Shown here: piece by piece, positions 8,639 through 18,025 of the stretch
How positions within the stretch are numbered: the first letter of the stretch is position 1
Layout of the letters: each line of letters starts with the position of its first letter
DNA from: an uncultured Alteromonadaceae bacterium
Lineage (GTDB): Bacteria; Pseudomonadota; Gammaproteobacteria; Pseudomonadales; Halieaceae
Direction: 5' to 3'
Length of the DNA: 64,000 nt
Assembly: GCA_964620555.1 (NCBI GenBank)
Contig: CAZUGZ010000001.1
Location: forward strand, 13,667 to 77,666
Notes under the pieces: generated by a model
Told to the model about the DNA's origin: nothing
Databases searched by the model: none
What the model saw: the letters and a program-made list of their open reading frames with translations, nothing else
Program-made: the position numbers and the translations under genes

Positions 8639-9274
8639 GTGTCCGCCGAACTGACCCTGGCTTTGACCAGGGGACGCATCCTGAAGCAGGCCCTGCCGTT
8701 GCTGGAGAGGGCGGGAATTGTCCCGACCGTACAGATCGCCGGCAGCCGCAAGTTGATCTTCGAGACCTCCCATCCTCAACTGCGTCTGTTGGTGCTGCGT
8801 GGCGTGGATGTTCCCACCTACGTTCGCCAGGGCGCTGCCGACCTGGGTATCGTGGGTAAGGATGTCCTCCTGGAACAGGGCGCCGAAGGCATGTACGAAC
8901 CGCTGGATCTGCGCATCGCCCGCTGCCGCTTGATGACGGCCGCACCGGTGGGCTGGCAGCCGGGCCGCCGGCGCATTCGCGTGGCAACCAAATTCACCTC
9001 GGTGGCGCGGCGTTATTTTGCGGAGCGTGGCCTGCACGCCGATGTCATCAAGCTCTCCGGAGCACTGGAGCTGGCTCCCATGATGCAGTTGGCGGACATG
9101 ATCCTGGACCTCGTCGAAACCGGCAACACCCTGCGCGCCAACGGCATGGAACCGGTAGACCTGGTGGCTGAAATAAGCTCCCGCCTGGTGGTCAACAGGG
9201 CGGCGATGCGGTCCAACCGGACGGCCATCGGGGATCTGGTAACGGCCCTGTCCCAGGCTCTCCCGGAGATCTGA
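8639..9274 (+). CDS. hisG: ATP phosphoribosyltransferase, short form
   Basis: GTG start 4 nt after the ibaG stop, about 211 aa. [65 protein letters not shown]. Confidence 0.9.
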   Translation: MSAELTLALTRGRILKQALPLLERAGIVPTVQIAGSRKLIFETSHPQLRLLVLRGVDVPTYVRQGAADLGIVGKDVLLEQGAEGMYEPLDLRIARCRLMTAAPVGWQPGRRRIRVATKFTSVARRYFAERGLHADVIKLSGALELAPMMQLADMILDLVETGNTLRANGMEPVDLVAEISSRLVVNRAAMRSNRTAIGDLVTALSQALPEI

Positions 9275-9276
9275 TC

Positions 9277-10581
9277 ATGCGCCGTCTGGATAGCACCAGT
9301 GCGGACTTTTCCAGGCAATTGCGGCGTCTGACCGACTGGAGTGAAATCCTGGACGCCGAACTGCTGGCGGTGGTCGACGGGGTGTTCGAACAAATGCTGG
9401 AGCGGGGCGATCAGGCCCTGCTGGAATTCACCCGCCGCTACGACGGCTTGTCCGTGGCCACTGCCGCCGAACTCGAGTTGCCGCCGGAGCAGATGCCGGC
9501 GGCCCTGGACGGGTTGGACGAAGCCGCCCGCGAGGCGCTGTCGATCGCCGCGGAGCGCATTCGCGACTACCATCAACGCCAGGTTCAGGAGTCCTGGAAC
9601 TACCGGGATCAGTACGACAACCTGCTCGGCCAGCAGCTTCAGCCAATGGATCGGGTCGGTGTCTACGTGCCGGGCGGCAAGGCCAGTTATCCATCGTCGG
9701 TATTGATGAACGCGATTCCCGCCAAGGTGGCCGGAGTGCGGGAAGTGGTGATGGCGGTGCCGGCCTCCGGCGGCACCCTCGACAGCCTGGTGTTGGCCGC
9801 GGCGGCGGTCGCCGGGGTAGACCGGCTGTTTCGCATCGGTGGCGCACAGGCCATTGCGGCCCTGGCCTACGGTACCGAAACAGTACCGGCGGTCGACAAG
9901 ATCGTCGGCCCCGGCAACCTCTACGTGGCCGCTGCCAAGCGCAAGGTTTTCGGCCAGGTAGGTATCGACATGGTGGCTGGGCCATCGGAAATTCTGATCA
10001 TTTGCGACGGTTTGTGCGAGCCGGACTGGATCGCCATGGACCTGTTTGCCCAGGCCGAGCACGATGAAAACGCACGGGCCATGCTGCTCTCGCCCGATGC
10101 GGATTTCCTCACCCGGGTAGAGGCGAGTATGGATCGCCTGCTACCGGAAATGGAGCGCAGCCGGATCATTCGGGCCTCGCTGCAGCGGCGCGGCGCCCTG
10201 ATCAGGACCCGCGATATCGCCGAGGCGGTGGCCATTGCCAACCGGGTCGCCCCGGAACACCTGCATCTGGCCGTCGACCAGCCGCGCCAGTGGCTGCCCC
10301 AGGTGCGCAACGCCGGGGCCATTTTCCTGGGCAGCGATACTGCGGAAGCGTTTGGCGATTATTGTGCCGGCCCCAACCACGTATTGCCCACCGCCGGCAC
10401 AGCGCGCTTCTCCTCTCCCCTGGGGGTGTATGATTTCGTCAAGCGCAGCTCGGTAATCATGGCCTCCAGTGACGGTGTGCGGGCCATGACACCGGTGGTT
10501 ACGGAACTGGCCCGGGCCGAATCACTATCGGCTCACGCCCGTGCCGCGCAATACCGGGCGCAGGCGCTGGACGAAGCCTGA
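9277..10581 (+). CDS. hisD: Histidinol dehydrogenase
   Basis: 434 aa. [59 protein letters not shown]. Confidence 0.95.
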   Translation: MRRLDSTSADFSRQLRRLTDWSEILDAELLAVVDGVFEQMLERGDQALLEFTRRYDGLSVATAAELELPPEQMPAALDGLDEAAREALSIAAERIRDYHQRQVQESWNYRDQYDNLLGQQLQPMDRVGVYVPGGKASYPSSVLMNAIPAKVAGVREVVMAVPASGGTLDSLVLAAAAVAGVDRLFRIGGAQAIAALAYGTETVPAVDKIVGPGNLYVAAAKRKVFGQVGIDMVAGPSEILIICDGLCEPDWIAMDLFAQAEHDENARAMLLSPDADFLTRVEASMDRLLPEMERSRIIRASLQRRGALIRTRDIAEAVAIANRVAPEHLHLAVDQPRQWLPQVRNAGAIFLGSDTAEAFGDYCAGPNHVLPTAGTARFSSPLGVYDFVKRSSVIMASSDGVRAMTPVVTELARAESLSAHARAAQYRAQALDEA

Positions 10582-10585
10582 TGGA

Positions 10586-11101
10586 TCAGCGCCGACCTGG
10601 CTCGGTGCCGGTTTCGGTGTCGACCAGCACCGCCCGGGGTTCATTGGAAGCGGATTTCTCCAGGCCGAACTCCTCGTTCAGCATGCCCCGTTCGTAGGGA
10701 TAACTCTTGGGTGCGTAATCCAGCGGCTGACGCACGGAAACGGGGCTTGCAGGATCGCCCGCGGCAGCGGATTCGGGTTCGGGCAAGGGTTGCAGAAGCG
10801 TAGTGGGGTGACCGTCGGTGAGCGTGCGGGCACCGGATGCCAGTTGGTTGTGTACGTCCCGATAGCTCTCCGTCAGTTTGTTGAGCAGTGTCGCCGTGTC
10901 GCTGAAGTGCTGCATCACCTGGCCGCGATACTCCCGTTGCTGCTGAGTCAACAGCTCCAGGCTGTTCTGCAGCTCGCGCTGCTTGCGGCCGTCAGCGGAC
11001 CAGTGACGGTAGGCCAGCAGAGCGGATACGGCACCGACCAGCAGGGCGCTGGCAATGGAAAAAAACAGGGTTTCGAAACTGTACACGAATTCCTCCCACA
11101 T
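10586..11101 (-). CDS. zapG: YhcB/ZapG-family (DUF1043) inner-membrane protein
   Basis: Start at ATG 11101 (MWEEFVYSFETLFFSIASALLVGAVSALLAY). Single N-terminal TM segment, then a coiled-coil (QRELQNSLELLTQQQREYRGQVMQHFSDTATLLNKLTESYRDVHNQL). Divergent from zapE, as in E. coli. Confidence 0.7.
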   Translation of the reverse strand: MWEEFVYSFETLFFSIASALLVGAVSALLAYRHWSADGRKQRELQNSLELLTQQQREYRGQVMQHFSDTATLLNKLTESYRDVHNQLASGARTLTDGHPTTLLQPLPEPESAAAGDPASPVSVRQPLDYAPKSYPYERGMLNEEFGLEKSASNEPRAVLVDTETGTEPGRR

Positions 11102-11256
11102 CCTACGGCCCCGGCTGTCAGTATACCCGGCCGGGCTGTCCGGTGCAGCAGTTTCCCGTAGTTTTCGCGGTTGCCGGCGACCACGAGCCGCGCCGACATT
11201 GCCAGCAATCCGGTGGCTGGGTAGAGTGTGTCGCCGTGAGCCAGTCCGACCCGCAC

Positions 11257-12363
11257 ATGAGCACACCCCTGCAATACTACCGGCAGCAACTTCGTTGCCA
11301 GGATCTGCTGCCGGACCAGGCTCAACTTCGAACCGTGCAGGTGCTGGACCAACTCTATCACCAGTTGCTGCAGGCCGAGCGGGAGACGGCCAGCCGCGGC
11401 CGCTTCGCGCGCTGGCTGAAACGCTGGCGCCGGCGCCCCCAGCCCCTGGTGCCGGGCCTGTACCTGTGGGGTGGAGTGGGCCGCGGCAAAACCTGGTTGA
11501 TGGACAGCTTCTATGAATGCCTGCCCTTCGAGCGCAAGTTGCGTCTGCACTTTCACCGTTTCATGCAACGGGTTCACAACGAGCTGAAAAGGTTGCAGGG
11601 GCACCCTTCGCCGCTGCTGGAAATAGCCGACCGGCTGGCGGCAGAAGCGAGAGTAGTGTGTTTCGACGAGTTTTTTGTCTCCGATATTACCGATGCCATG
11701 ATTCTGGGAGGACTGCTGGAGGCACTGTTTCAGCGGGGCGTTACGCTGGTGGCAACTTCCAATGTTGCGCCTGCCGACCTGTATGAAAATGGCCTGCAGC
11801 GGCAACGCTTTTTGTCCGCAATCGCCAGCCTGCAGCGGCACACCCGCGTCCTGAACATGGAGGTGGGGACCGATTACCGGTTGCGTGCGCTGGAGCAGGG
11901 CGAGCAGTACTACTGGCCGCTGGACGCCGGGGCGGAACAGCATTTGCAGCGCTGTTTCGAGCGTCTGGCCCCGGAGCCAGGCCAGCCCCGGGCGCAATTG
12001 GAAATCAATGGCCGCAATCTGCTTTCCCGTTACCTCGCCGACGATGTGGTGTGGTTTGAATTTGGCGAATTGTGTGACAGCCCCCGCAGTCAGAATGATT
12101 ACATCGAGTTGGCCCGCATCTACCATGCCGTGTTATTGGGCAATGTGCCCCAGCTCGGCAGAGACACCGAAGATCAGGCCCGGCGCCTGGTGAGCCTGGT
12201 GGATGAATTTTACGATCACAACGTGAAGCTGCTGATTTCGGCAGCGGTGCCCTTGGGCAGACTCTACTCCGGCGGCAGGCTCGACGCCCTGTTCGAGCGA
12301 ACCCGATCGCGGTTGCGGGAAATGCAAAGCCACCAATACCTGGCCCGGCCGCACAAACCCTGA
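11257..12363 (+). CDS. zapE: AFG1-like ATPase ZapE
   Basis: Start at MSTPLQYY. Walker A LWGGVGRGKTWLMD, Walker B VVCFDEFFVSDITDAM, TLVATSNVAPADLY. Confidence 0.9.
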   Translation: MSTPLQYYRQQLRCQDLLPDQAQLRTVQVLDQLYHQLLQAERETASRGRFARWLKRWRRRPQPLVPGLYLWGGVGRGKTWLMDSFYECLPFERKLRLHFHRFMQRVHNELKRLQGHPSPLLEIADRLAAEARVVCFDEFFVSDITDAMILGGLLEALFQRGVTLVATSNVAPADLYENGLQRQRFLSAIASLQRHTRVLNMEVGTDYRLRALEQGEQYYWPLDAGAEQHLQRCFERLAPEPGQPRAQLEINGRNLLSRYLADDVVWFEFGELCDSPRSQNDYIELARIYHAVLLGNVPQLGRDTEDQARRLVSLVDEFYDHNVKLLISAAVPLGRLYSGGRLDALFERTRSRLREMQSHQYLARPHKP

Positions 12364-12463
12364 TTCCAAATTGCCGGAATGACCTCCCTACCGTCCTGCC
12401 GGGCCCGATTCGGCACCCGGCGCCGCCACTCTTCGGCAGTTGCAGGGGGCGTCACTGCATCAG

Positions 12464-13417
12464 CTATGCTCCGCCTCTGCGTGGCCTCGAGGAGCAGTCC
12501 TTGGGCCAGCGCCGCTTCAGGCACATCCATTGCTCGGGAGCTTCGCGGATCCACTGCTCGAAATGGCGATTGACCAGGGTCGTCATGGCAATCGCCTGGG
12601 ACCGGATATCCGCCTCGGGATCGGGATTGTCGATGGGGTCGTGGACGCGAATGAAAAAGCGACCTGGTTCCAGGCGCCCGGCACGAACGGGAATCAGCGC
12701 CGCACCGGTTTTCAGCGCCAGCCGGGCAGCGCTGATATTGGTGTACGCATCGACTCCGAAGAAGGGAATTGGCTGACCGCTGTCGAGCCGGGTATCCGTG
12801 GCCAGGCCGATGCTGTTACCCGCCGTCAACTCCCGATAAAGCGGCCTGACCCCCTCTTCCGAAGCGACCAGTTTGCTACCGAAACTGGTCCGCAGGCGTA
12901 GCAAATGTCGCTGCAGGAAGGCATTGGATTCGGCCGCGTACACGGTACTGACGGTCATTCCATACTGGCGGAAAATCAGGTTGGTCAGTTGCCAGGCGCC
13001 GACGTGAGCGGTGACGAACACGTTGGCTCTGCCCGGTTGCAGGCGGCTGCGGGCAGCCGGGGAGACTTCGAACTCGATGCGCTGTTTGCGCTCTCGCCAG
13101 ATCTGGGGCAGCTTGACCAGTTCCGCCGTGGCGACCCCGAGATAGCCGAAGGTCTGGCGACACAACTGCCGGATGTGGCGTTCACCGGCTTCGGGATAGA
13201 TGACCCGCAGATTGCGCTTTACTGCCTTGGCCTTGTTGCTGAACGGGCCCAGACAGCGGAACACTGCGGCGGCGAGGGAGGCGGCACGTTCCGGCGAAAG
13301 GCGCCCGAGCAGTCGAAACACCAGGCCCACGCAGCACGCTTCCAGTTTTTGCGTCATCCGTCCAAGTGCCGGGGCCGCCCTGGCCAGGCGCTTGGGAACC
13401 AGGTAGAACTCAGCCAC
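12464..13417 (-). CDS. LpxL/HtrB-family lipid acyltransferase (Lip_A_acyltrans), copy 1
   Basis: VFVTAHVGAWQL (H-x4-type acyltransferase motif region), GLATDTRLDSGQPIPFFG, PEQWMCLKRRW (the family's C-terminal W..RRW). GTG at 13417 overlaps the hydroxylase stop by 8 nt. An alternative ATG is at 13357. Confidence 0.75.
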   Translation of the reverse strand: MAEFYLVPKRLARAAPALGRMTQKLEACCVGLVFRLLGRLSPERAASLAAAVFRCLGPFSNKAKAVKRNLRVIYPEAGERHIRQLCRQTFGYLGVATAELVKLPQIWRERKQRIEFEVSPAARSRLQPGRANVFVTAHVGAWQLTNLIFRQYGMTVSTVYAAESNAFLQRHLLRLRTSFGSKLVASEEGVRPLYRELTAGNSIGLATDTRLDSGQPIPFFGVDAYTNISAARLALKTGAALIPVRAGRLEPGRFFIRVHDPIDNPDPEADIRSQAIAMTTLVNRHFEQWIREAPEQWMCLKRRWPKDCSSRPRRGGA

Positions 13418-14024
13418 TGGGGCTGCCGGTACTGCGAAACACCAGGTCCCAGAGTGGGGAACTGACGCCGTAGCGTGCCTTCTCTCCCGAGTAGTGATGC
13501 TTGAGGTGATGTCGCTTGAGATAGGCGGCAATCGGGTTGCGCATGGGAAAGTGGTGAACGCCGTAGTGTATGTAGTCGTAGCACAGGTAGCCGGCGATAA
13601 AGAAGGCAAACAGGGGTTGCAGCCAGGGTTGTGGCACCGCCAGCGAAAACAGGTAATAGAGGGCGAGCATGATGGGTATGGAACCGCTGGGAGGCATCAC
13701 CAGGCGAGTCTTGTCCCTGGGGTCCTGGTGATGATTGCCGTGGAACAGGAACACCAGCCACTTGCCGGGTTTGCTCCTGGCGGGAAAGTGAAAGGCGAAA
13801 CGGTGAAGCAGGTATTCGGTGAGGGTCCACAATAGTAGCCCGGCGATGGCGCACCCGAGGATTCCGGTTGCCGGTAGCAGCTCCACGGCGATGCTGCGCC
13901 CCAACAGAAAGCCGGCGATGGGTGACCACAGGAGCAGGGGCACCAGCGGGTGTACGTGGGTCAGGCTTTCGAGAAAATCGTTCTCGAACAGGCGGATGGA
14001 TCGATGTTCCGGGTTAGCCTGCAT
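13410..14024 (-). CDS. Fatty-acid hydroxylase superfamily (sterol desaturase-like) membrane di-iron enzyme
   Basis: 204 aa, hydrophobic. Histidine boxes LLHRFAFH, FHGNHHQDP, HYGVHH, HHLKHHY. Confidence 0.75.
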   Translation of the reverse strand: MQANPEHRSIRLFENDFLESLTHVHPLVPLLLWSPIAGFLLGRSIAVELLPATGILGCAIAGLLLWTLTEYLLHRFAFHFPARSKPGKWLVFLFHGNHHQDPRDKTRLVMPPSGSIPIMLALYYLFSLAVPQPWLQPLFAFFIAGYLCYDYIHYGVHHFPMRNPIAAYLKRHHLKHHYSGEKARYGVSSPLWDLVFRSTGSPSG

Positions 14025-14991
14025 GGCCGTCTGCCTCCACAGGTGATCGCTGGTCGCCCGCTCCGGGCGCGGTTCCCGGCCAGATTCGCTGTGGGCAGAA
14101 CCAGGCCTCCGGGGCCTCGCTGATCCAACTCTGAAAGTGGTGGTGGAGTTGCGCCGTCATGTCCCGGGCCCGTTGATTTTCGTCGCCATGCCCCTCCGTG
14201 GCAAGTACCGGAGCATGAAAAGTGACTCGAAACTCGGCATCCCGGAGCCTCTGCACCTGGGTCGGGATCAGGTCCAGACAGAATTTCAGGGCCAATTTTG
14301 CCGGCAACAGGCTACTGGGCTTGGGTATGCCGAAAAAGGGAATTTCGGTGCCGCCATCCAGTCGCCGGTCGATGACCACGGCCACGGAGCGGCCGCTTTG
14401 CAGGTTTCGTACCATTCCCCGGGCGGCACGCTGGCGGGGCACCAGTTCGCAGTTCATTTGCCGCCTGGACTCAAACAGCATCCGCTCCAGCAGTGGATTG
14501 GACGGGGGAGTATACAGCGCCATACTGGGGATGCTAAGCCGATTCAGGGCGCAAATGATCAACTCCCAATTGCTTTGGTGGGCGCCTACAAAAATTGCCG
14601 GCCGTTGCCGGTCGCCCTCGCCAATCCACCGGATATGCAGCCGCTCCCGGTCCCTGGAGTCGACGATGGTACGGAAGTGGGGATATTCCGCCAACACCCG
14701 CCCCCCATTGCCCCAGCCCGCAGTAACCAACTGCTCGAGTGCGGCCGCGGACCGCTGGGGAAACGCCCGTGACAGATTTTCACGATACACGGCAGTCTTG
14801 TGCTTCAGCCGACGCCCCACCACTCGGCCCAGGTGCCAGCCGAGTCGCGAGGCGCGGTCCACCGGCAGCAGGGCGAACAGCTTGACCAGCAGCCATACCA
14901 GGACAAAGTCGAGACGCCACAGAAATTTCTGCAGACCCGGGTAACGTGTTGCGGTCTTGCCAATTGCATGGCCGATGAGGAACTGTGCCAC
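14014..14991 (-). CDS. LpxL/HtrB-family lipid acyltransferase, copy 2
   Basis: GTG start, 325 aa. N-terminal membrane anchor (FVLVWLLVKLFALLP), IFVGAHQSNWEL, VVIDRRLDGGTEIPFFG, PEAWFCPQRIW. 11-nt overlap with the hydroxylase start. Confidence 0.75.
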   Translation of the reverse strand: MAQFLIGHAIGKTATRYPGLQKFLWRLDFVLVWLLVKLFALLPVDRASRLGWHLGRVVGRRLKHKTAVYRENLSRAFPQRSAAALEQLVTAGWGNGGRVLAEYPHFRTIVDSRDRERLHIRWIGEGDRQRPAIFVGAHQSNWELIICALNRLSIPSMALYTPPSNPLLERMLFESRRQMNCELVPRQRAARGMVRNLQSGRSVAVVIDRRLDGGTEIPFFGIPKPSSLLPAKLALKFCLDLIPTQVQRLRDAEFRVTFHAPVLATEGHGDENQRARDMTAQLHHHFQSWISEAPEAWFCPQRIWPGTAPGAGDQRSPVEADGHAG

Positions 14992-15004
14992 GACTCTTCC
15001 CGCC

Positions 15005-15946
15005 TCAGCCCCGTGCTGTCCGCAGATTCTTCAAACCCCGGGCCAGGGAGATCGAGGGCCGCCATTCAATCTTCGCCTGGATTTCCCGGTTATCCACCAC
15101 CCAATCCGGGTATCGCAGTTCGCGCAACTTGGCGGGAGTCAGCATCGGTGCGTAATGCAGTTGGCGCGCCAGTTTCAGGTTGGTCCAGGCCAGCAGGTCC
15201 AGCAGTTGTGCCGGCAGACGCAGCAGGCGCACCCGGCGACTCTCGACCTGTGCTGCCACCGTGGCCAACTCGTGCCAGTCGTATCCTTCCGCCCGGTCGT
15301 CCGCCAGGCTCAGTATCTGCCGGGGCAGGGCCTCGGCATCCACCAGCAGCACCAGGGCCCGCACCAGGTCGGCAACGTGCAGCAGTGAGAAGCGATTTGC
15401 GGGAGCGCAGGGTATGGGCAGCAAGCCGTGTGCCAGCCAGCGGAAAATCGGTGTCAGTTCCCGGTCCCCGGGGCCGTAGACCGGCGGCGGGCGCAGTATG
15501 GTCCATTCCAGTTGGTCGGCCTGCTCCTGTACGAGCCGTTCCGCCCGCTGTTTGCTGGACGCATACCAGGATAGTTGCGGCTGCCGGGCCGCCAGTGTAG
15601 ACAGCATGATCAACCGGGGGGATGGTTGTCGCTGCTGCAGGGCGGTCAGCAAACGGGAGGTTCCCTGGAGATTGGTGCGGTCGAATTCCGCCTGGCTGGC
15701 ACCGCGTACCGCCCCGGCACAATGGACAACTGTCCCGGCATTTTCCAGCAGTTGCGACAGCGCCTGCGGGGCAGCCAGGTCACCGACCACCAGGCTGGCG
15801 CCGGCCGCCTCCAGTTCCCGGGCGGCATCGGGGTCGCGCACCAGCACCCGCAGTGAGCTGCCACTGCCGAGCAGGGAGTTGCAAAGATGAAAGCCGATGA
15901 ATCCGGTTGCGCCGGTAACCGCAACCAATTGAGCAGACGAATTCAA
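15005..15946 (-). CDS. NAD(P)-dependent epimerase/dehydratase-fold reductase, CerR-like candidate
   Basis: 313 aa (TTG start, exact start uncertain). Rossmann motif VAVTGATGFIGFHL and YASSK (catalytic Y-x3-K). Starts 3 nt after the acyl-AMP ligase stop. Confidence 0.75.
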   Translation of the reverse strand: MNSSAQLVAVTGATGFIGFHLCNSLLGSGSSLRVLVRDPDAARELEAAGASLVVGDLAAPQALSQLLENAGTVVHCAGAVRGASQAEFDRTNLQGTSRLLTALQQRQPSPRLIMLSTLAARQPQLSWYASSKQRAERLVQEQADQLEWTILRPPPVYGPGDRELTPIFRWLAHGLLPIPCAPANRFSLLHVADLVRALVLLVDAEALPRQILSLADDRAEGYDWHELATVAAQVESRRVRLLRLPAQLLDLLAWTNLKLARQLHYAPMLTPAKLRELRYPDWVVDNREIQAKIEWRPSISLARGLKNLRTARG

Positions 15947-15949
15947 GGC

Positions 15950-17878
15950 TCAGGCCGAGGCGACCTTGAGTTCCCTCTCTCCGCTGCGGACAGTGCCGTC
16001 CTCGCCGCCCTGGGCTGCGATGAAATCCAGGCGCGCCTTGGCCCGCGATAATTTGCCGGATGAAGTCTTCGGCAGGGAACGCACCGGCACCAGTTCCACG
16101 TGGCAGTCCAGGCTCAACTCCATGCGGATCAGGGCGCGCAGACGACGTATCAGGTTGTTGCGCAGTTTGGCATCGGATTCCCGGCACTGCACCAGCAATA
16201 CGCATTGTTCATCACCGTTGGTATTGGGTGTGGAGAATGCCAGGGCGTCGTTGCGGCGCACTTCGGGCTGGGTCTCGGCGATGTGCTCGAGGTCCTGGGG
16301 CCAGATGTTGCGCCCGTGGATGATGATCAGGTCTTTCTTGCGACCGGTGATGGTCAGAATGCCGTCCACCAGGTAGCCGTAATCGCCGGTATTGAGCCAG
16401 CCGTCCTCGCTCAGCACCTCGCTGGTTTCTTCCGGCAGGTTGTAATAGCCGGACATGACACTGGGGCCGCGCAAATGCACCACACCACTGTGCCAATCGG
16501 CCAGCGGTTGGCCCTGGTCATCGCGAATTTCAATTTCGAAACTGGGCAGGGGTTTGCCACAGTTGACGAAATGGCGGCCCCGTCCACCCGGCAGGTGTTC
16601 TTCCAGCAGCAGCGCCCGATGGTGGTCGGCCAGGTGGTCGCTGTCGATATAGTGAGTGGAATAGGTTTTGTCCAGGGGTGAAAAGCTGACGCCGAGCGTA
16701 CATTCCGCCATACCGTAACAGGCGGTGAAGGCGCGTGGGTCGAAACCCACTGGTTGCAGCGTGTCGGCAAAGTGCTTCAGGGTCTGGGGATGGATCATTT
16801 CGGCACCGATGCCGGCGACCCGCCAGTGGCGCAGGTCGTATTGTTCGATATCCTGGGGACGCAGACGGCGGGTTACCAGGTCGTAACCGAAAGAGGGCGC
16901 AAAGGAGATGGTTGCCTTGCTGAGCGTCATCAGCCTCAACCACTGGCGCGGGCGCAAGGCAAACTCGCGGGTATCCAGGAAATCGATGGAGAGCTGGGTT
17001 GCCGTGGGCGTCAGCACAAAACCCACCAATCCCATATCGTGGTAGAAGGGCAGCCAGGACATCATCCGGTCTCCCTCCTCCAGGGCCAGACCGTGCTGCG
17101 CTATTCCCTGAAGGTTGGCCAGTACCGTGCGGTGTTTGATGACGGTACCGCGGGGGAAACGGGTGCTGCCGGAGGTGTACTGAATGTAGGATATGTCTTC
17201 CGCACTCGGTGTGGGCAGGGTCAATTCTGTTGTGGGCAATTGCTGGAAAGCCGCGGGCTGATCCACCATGAGCAGGTTCAAATCCGCGCAGGCCTCCCGC
17301 AAAATCGTCAGGTACCCCTCGGAGGCAACCGCCACCGAAGCTTCACTGGCCTTCAACAAACGCCGCAATTGTTGCGTGTAGACATTCTGGCTGCCCATAT
17401 TGATGGTGGCGGGCAGCGAGACCGGGATCAGGCAGGCATACTGGCAGGCATAGAAAAATTTCAGGAAATCCGGCGTCGTCTCAGCCACCAGCCCGACCCG
17501 GTCGCCCGGACTCAGGCCGAGGCCCAGCAGCTTGCGGGCCAGTTCTCGCGCTGCTTCACGCAGTTCGAAATAGGTCAAAACAGTCTGCAGCTTGCCGCGG
17601 CCACTGTAGAAATTGGCGCCGGTTTCGCCTTGCGCAGCGTAATCCAGCGCCTCGGCCAGGGTGACAAAGTCAGCCGGCCGGCGGGCGAGATCATGGGAAG
17701 TCGGTGTGGCGAGTACGGTAGTGGGTTCTGAATGCAAAACTGGTTCCCCGGAAATTTGATAGGTAGATGCTGCCAACCCGGCCCAGGCTGCGTCGCGTGG
17801 TCGTTTCCCTCTGCGGACGCTGCTGGACAATCGGATAGTACCAAAATCGGAAGTGGTCCCTGTAGGTAATAATACCAA
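15950..17878 (-). CDS. Fatty acyl-AMP ligase / acyl-ACP synthetase-type adenylating enzyme
   Basis: Motifs YIQYTSGSTRFPRGTVIKH (A3), FYHDMGL, ACYGMAE, NTGDYGY, ITGRKKDLIIIHGRNIWPQDLE, SSGKLSR (A10). N-terminus uncertain: ATG 17878 gives a low-complexity leader, and TTG 17737 is an alternative. Confidence 0.85.
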   Translation of the reverse strand: MVLLPTGTTSDFGTIRLSSSVRRGKRPRDAAWAGLAASTYQISGEPVLHSEPTTVLATPTSHDLARRPADFVTLAEALDYAAQGETGANFYSGRGKLQTVLTYFELREAARELARKLLGLGLSPGDRVGLVAETTPDFLKFFYACQYACLIPVSLPATINMGSQNVYTQQLRRLLKASEASVAVASEGYLTILREACADLNLLMVDQPAAFQQLPTTELTLPTPSAEDISYIQYTSGSTRFPRGTVIKHRTVLANLQGIAQHGLALEEGDRMMSWLPFYHDMGLVGFVLTPTATQLSIDFLDTREFALRPRQWLRLMTLSKATISFAPSFGYDLVTRRLRPQDIEQYDLRHWRVAGIGAEMIHPQTLKHFADTLQPVGFDPRAFTACYGMAECTLGVSFSPLDKTYSTHYIDSDHLADHHRALLLEEHLPGGRGRHFVNCGKPLPSFEIEIRDDQGQPLADWHSGVVHLRGPSVMSGYYNLPEETSEVLSEDGWLNTGDYGYLVDGILTITGRKKDLIIIHGRNIWPQDLEHIAETQPEVRRNDALAFSTPNTNGDEQCVLLVQCRESDAKLRNNLIRRLRALIRMELSLDCHVELVPVRSLPKTSSGKLSRAKARLDFIAAQGGEDGTVRSGERELKVASA

Positions 17879-17979
17879 GGAACTGGGGAAATTTGCCTAT
17901 ATTATTGAGGTCTTTCCAATTTCATTCGTTACAGCCCCTTCGCGGGCCGGGGACGGCTGGAAATTGATGTTTCAATCGC

Positions 17980-17985
17980 TATACT
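17980..17985 (+). promoter_or_regulatory. Possible -10 element (TATACT) for the bCerS-like operon
   Basis: TATACT lies 40 nt upstream of GTG 18026 in the 147-bp divergent intergenic region. No convincing -35 element. Confidence 0.25.
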
Positions 17986-18025
17986 GCCCGGTCGCGTCGA
18001 GTCTGTCTACCGGAGTTTTTCCCCT

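Noticed and set aside
9013-10062. 349-aa minus-strand ORF
   Set aside because: Antisense to hisD, which has clear family motifs. The sequence is Arg/Gly/His-rich and shadow-like.
10948-12126. 392-aa minus-strand ORF
   Set aside because: Antisense to zapE (Walker A and B present on the plus strand). No motifs.
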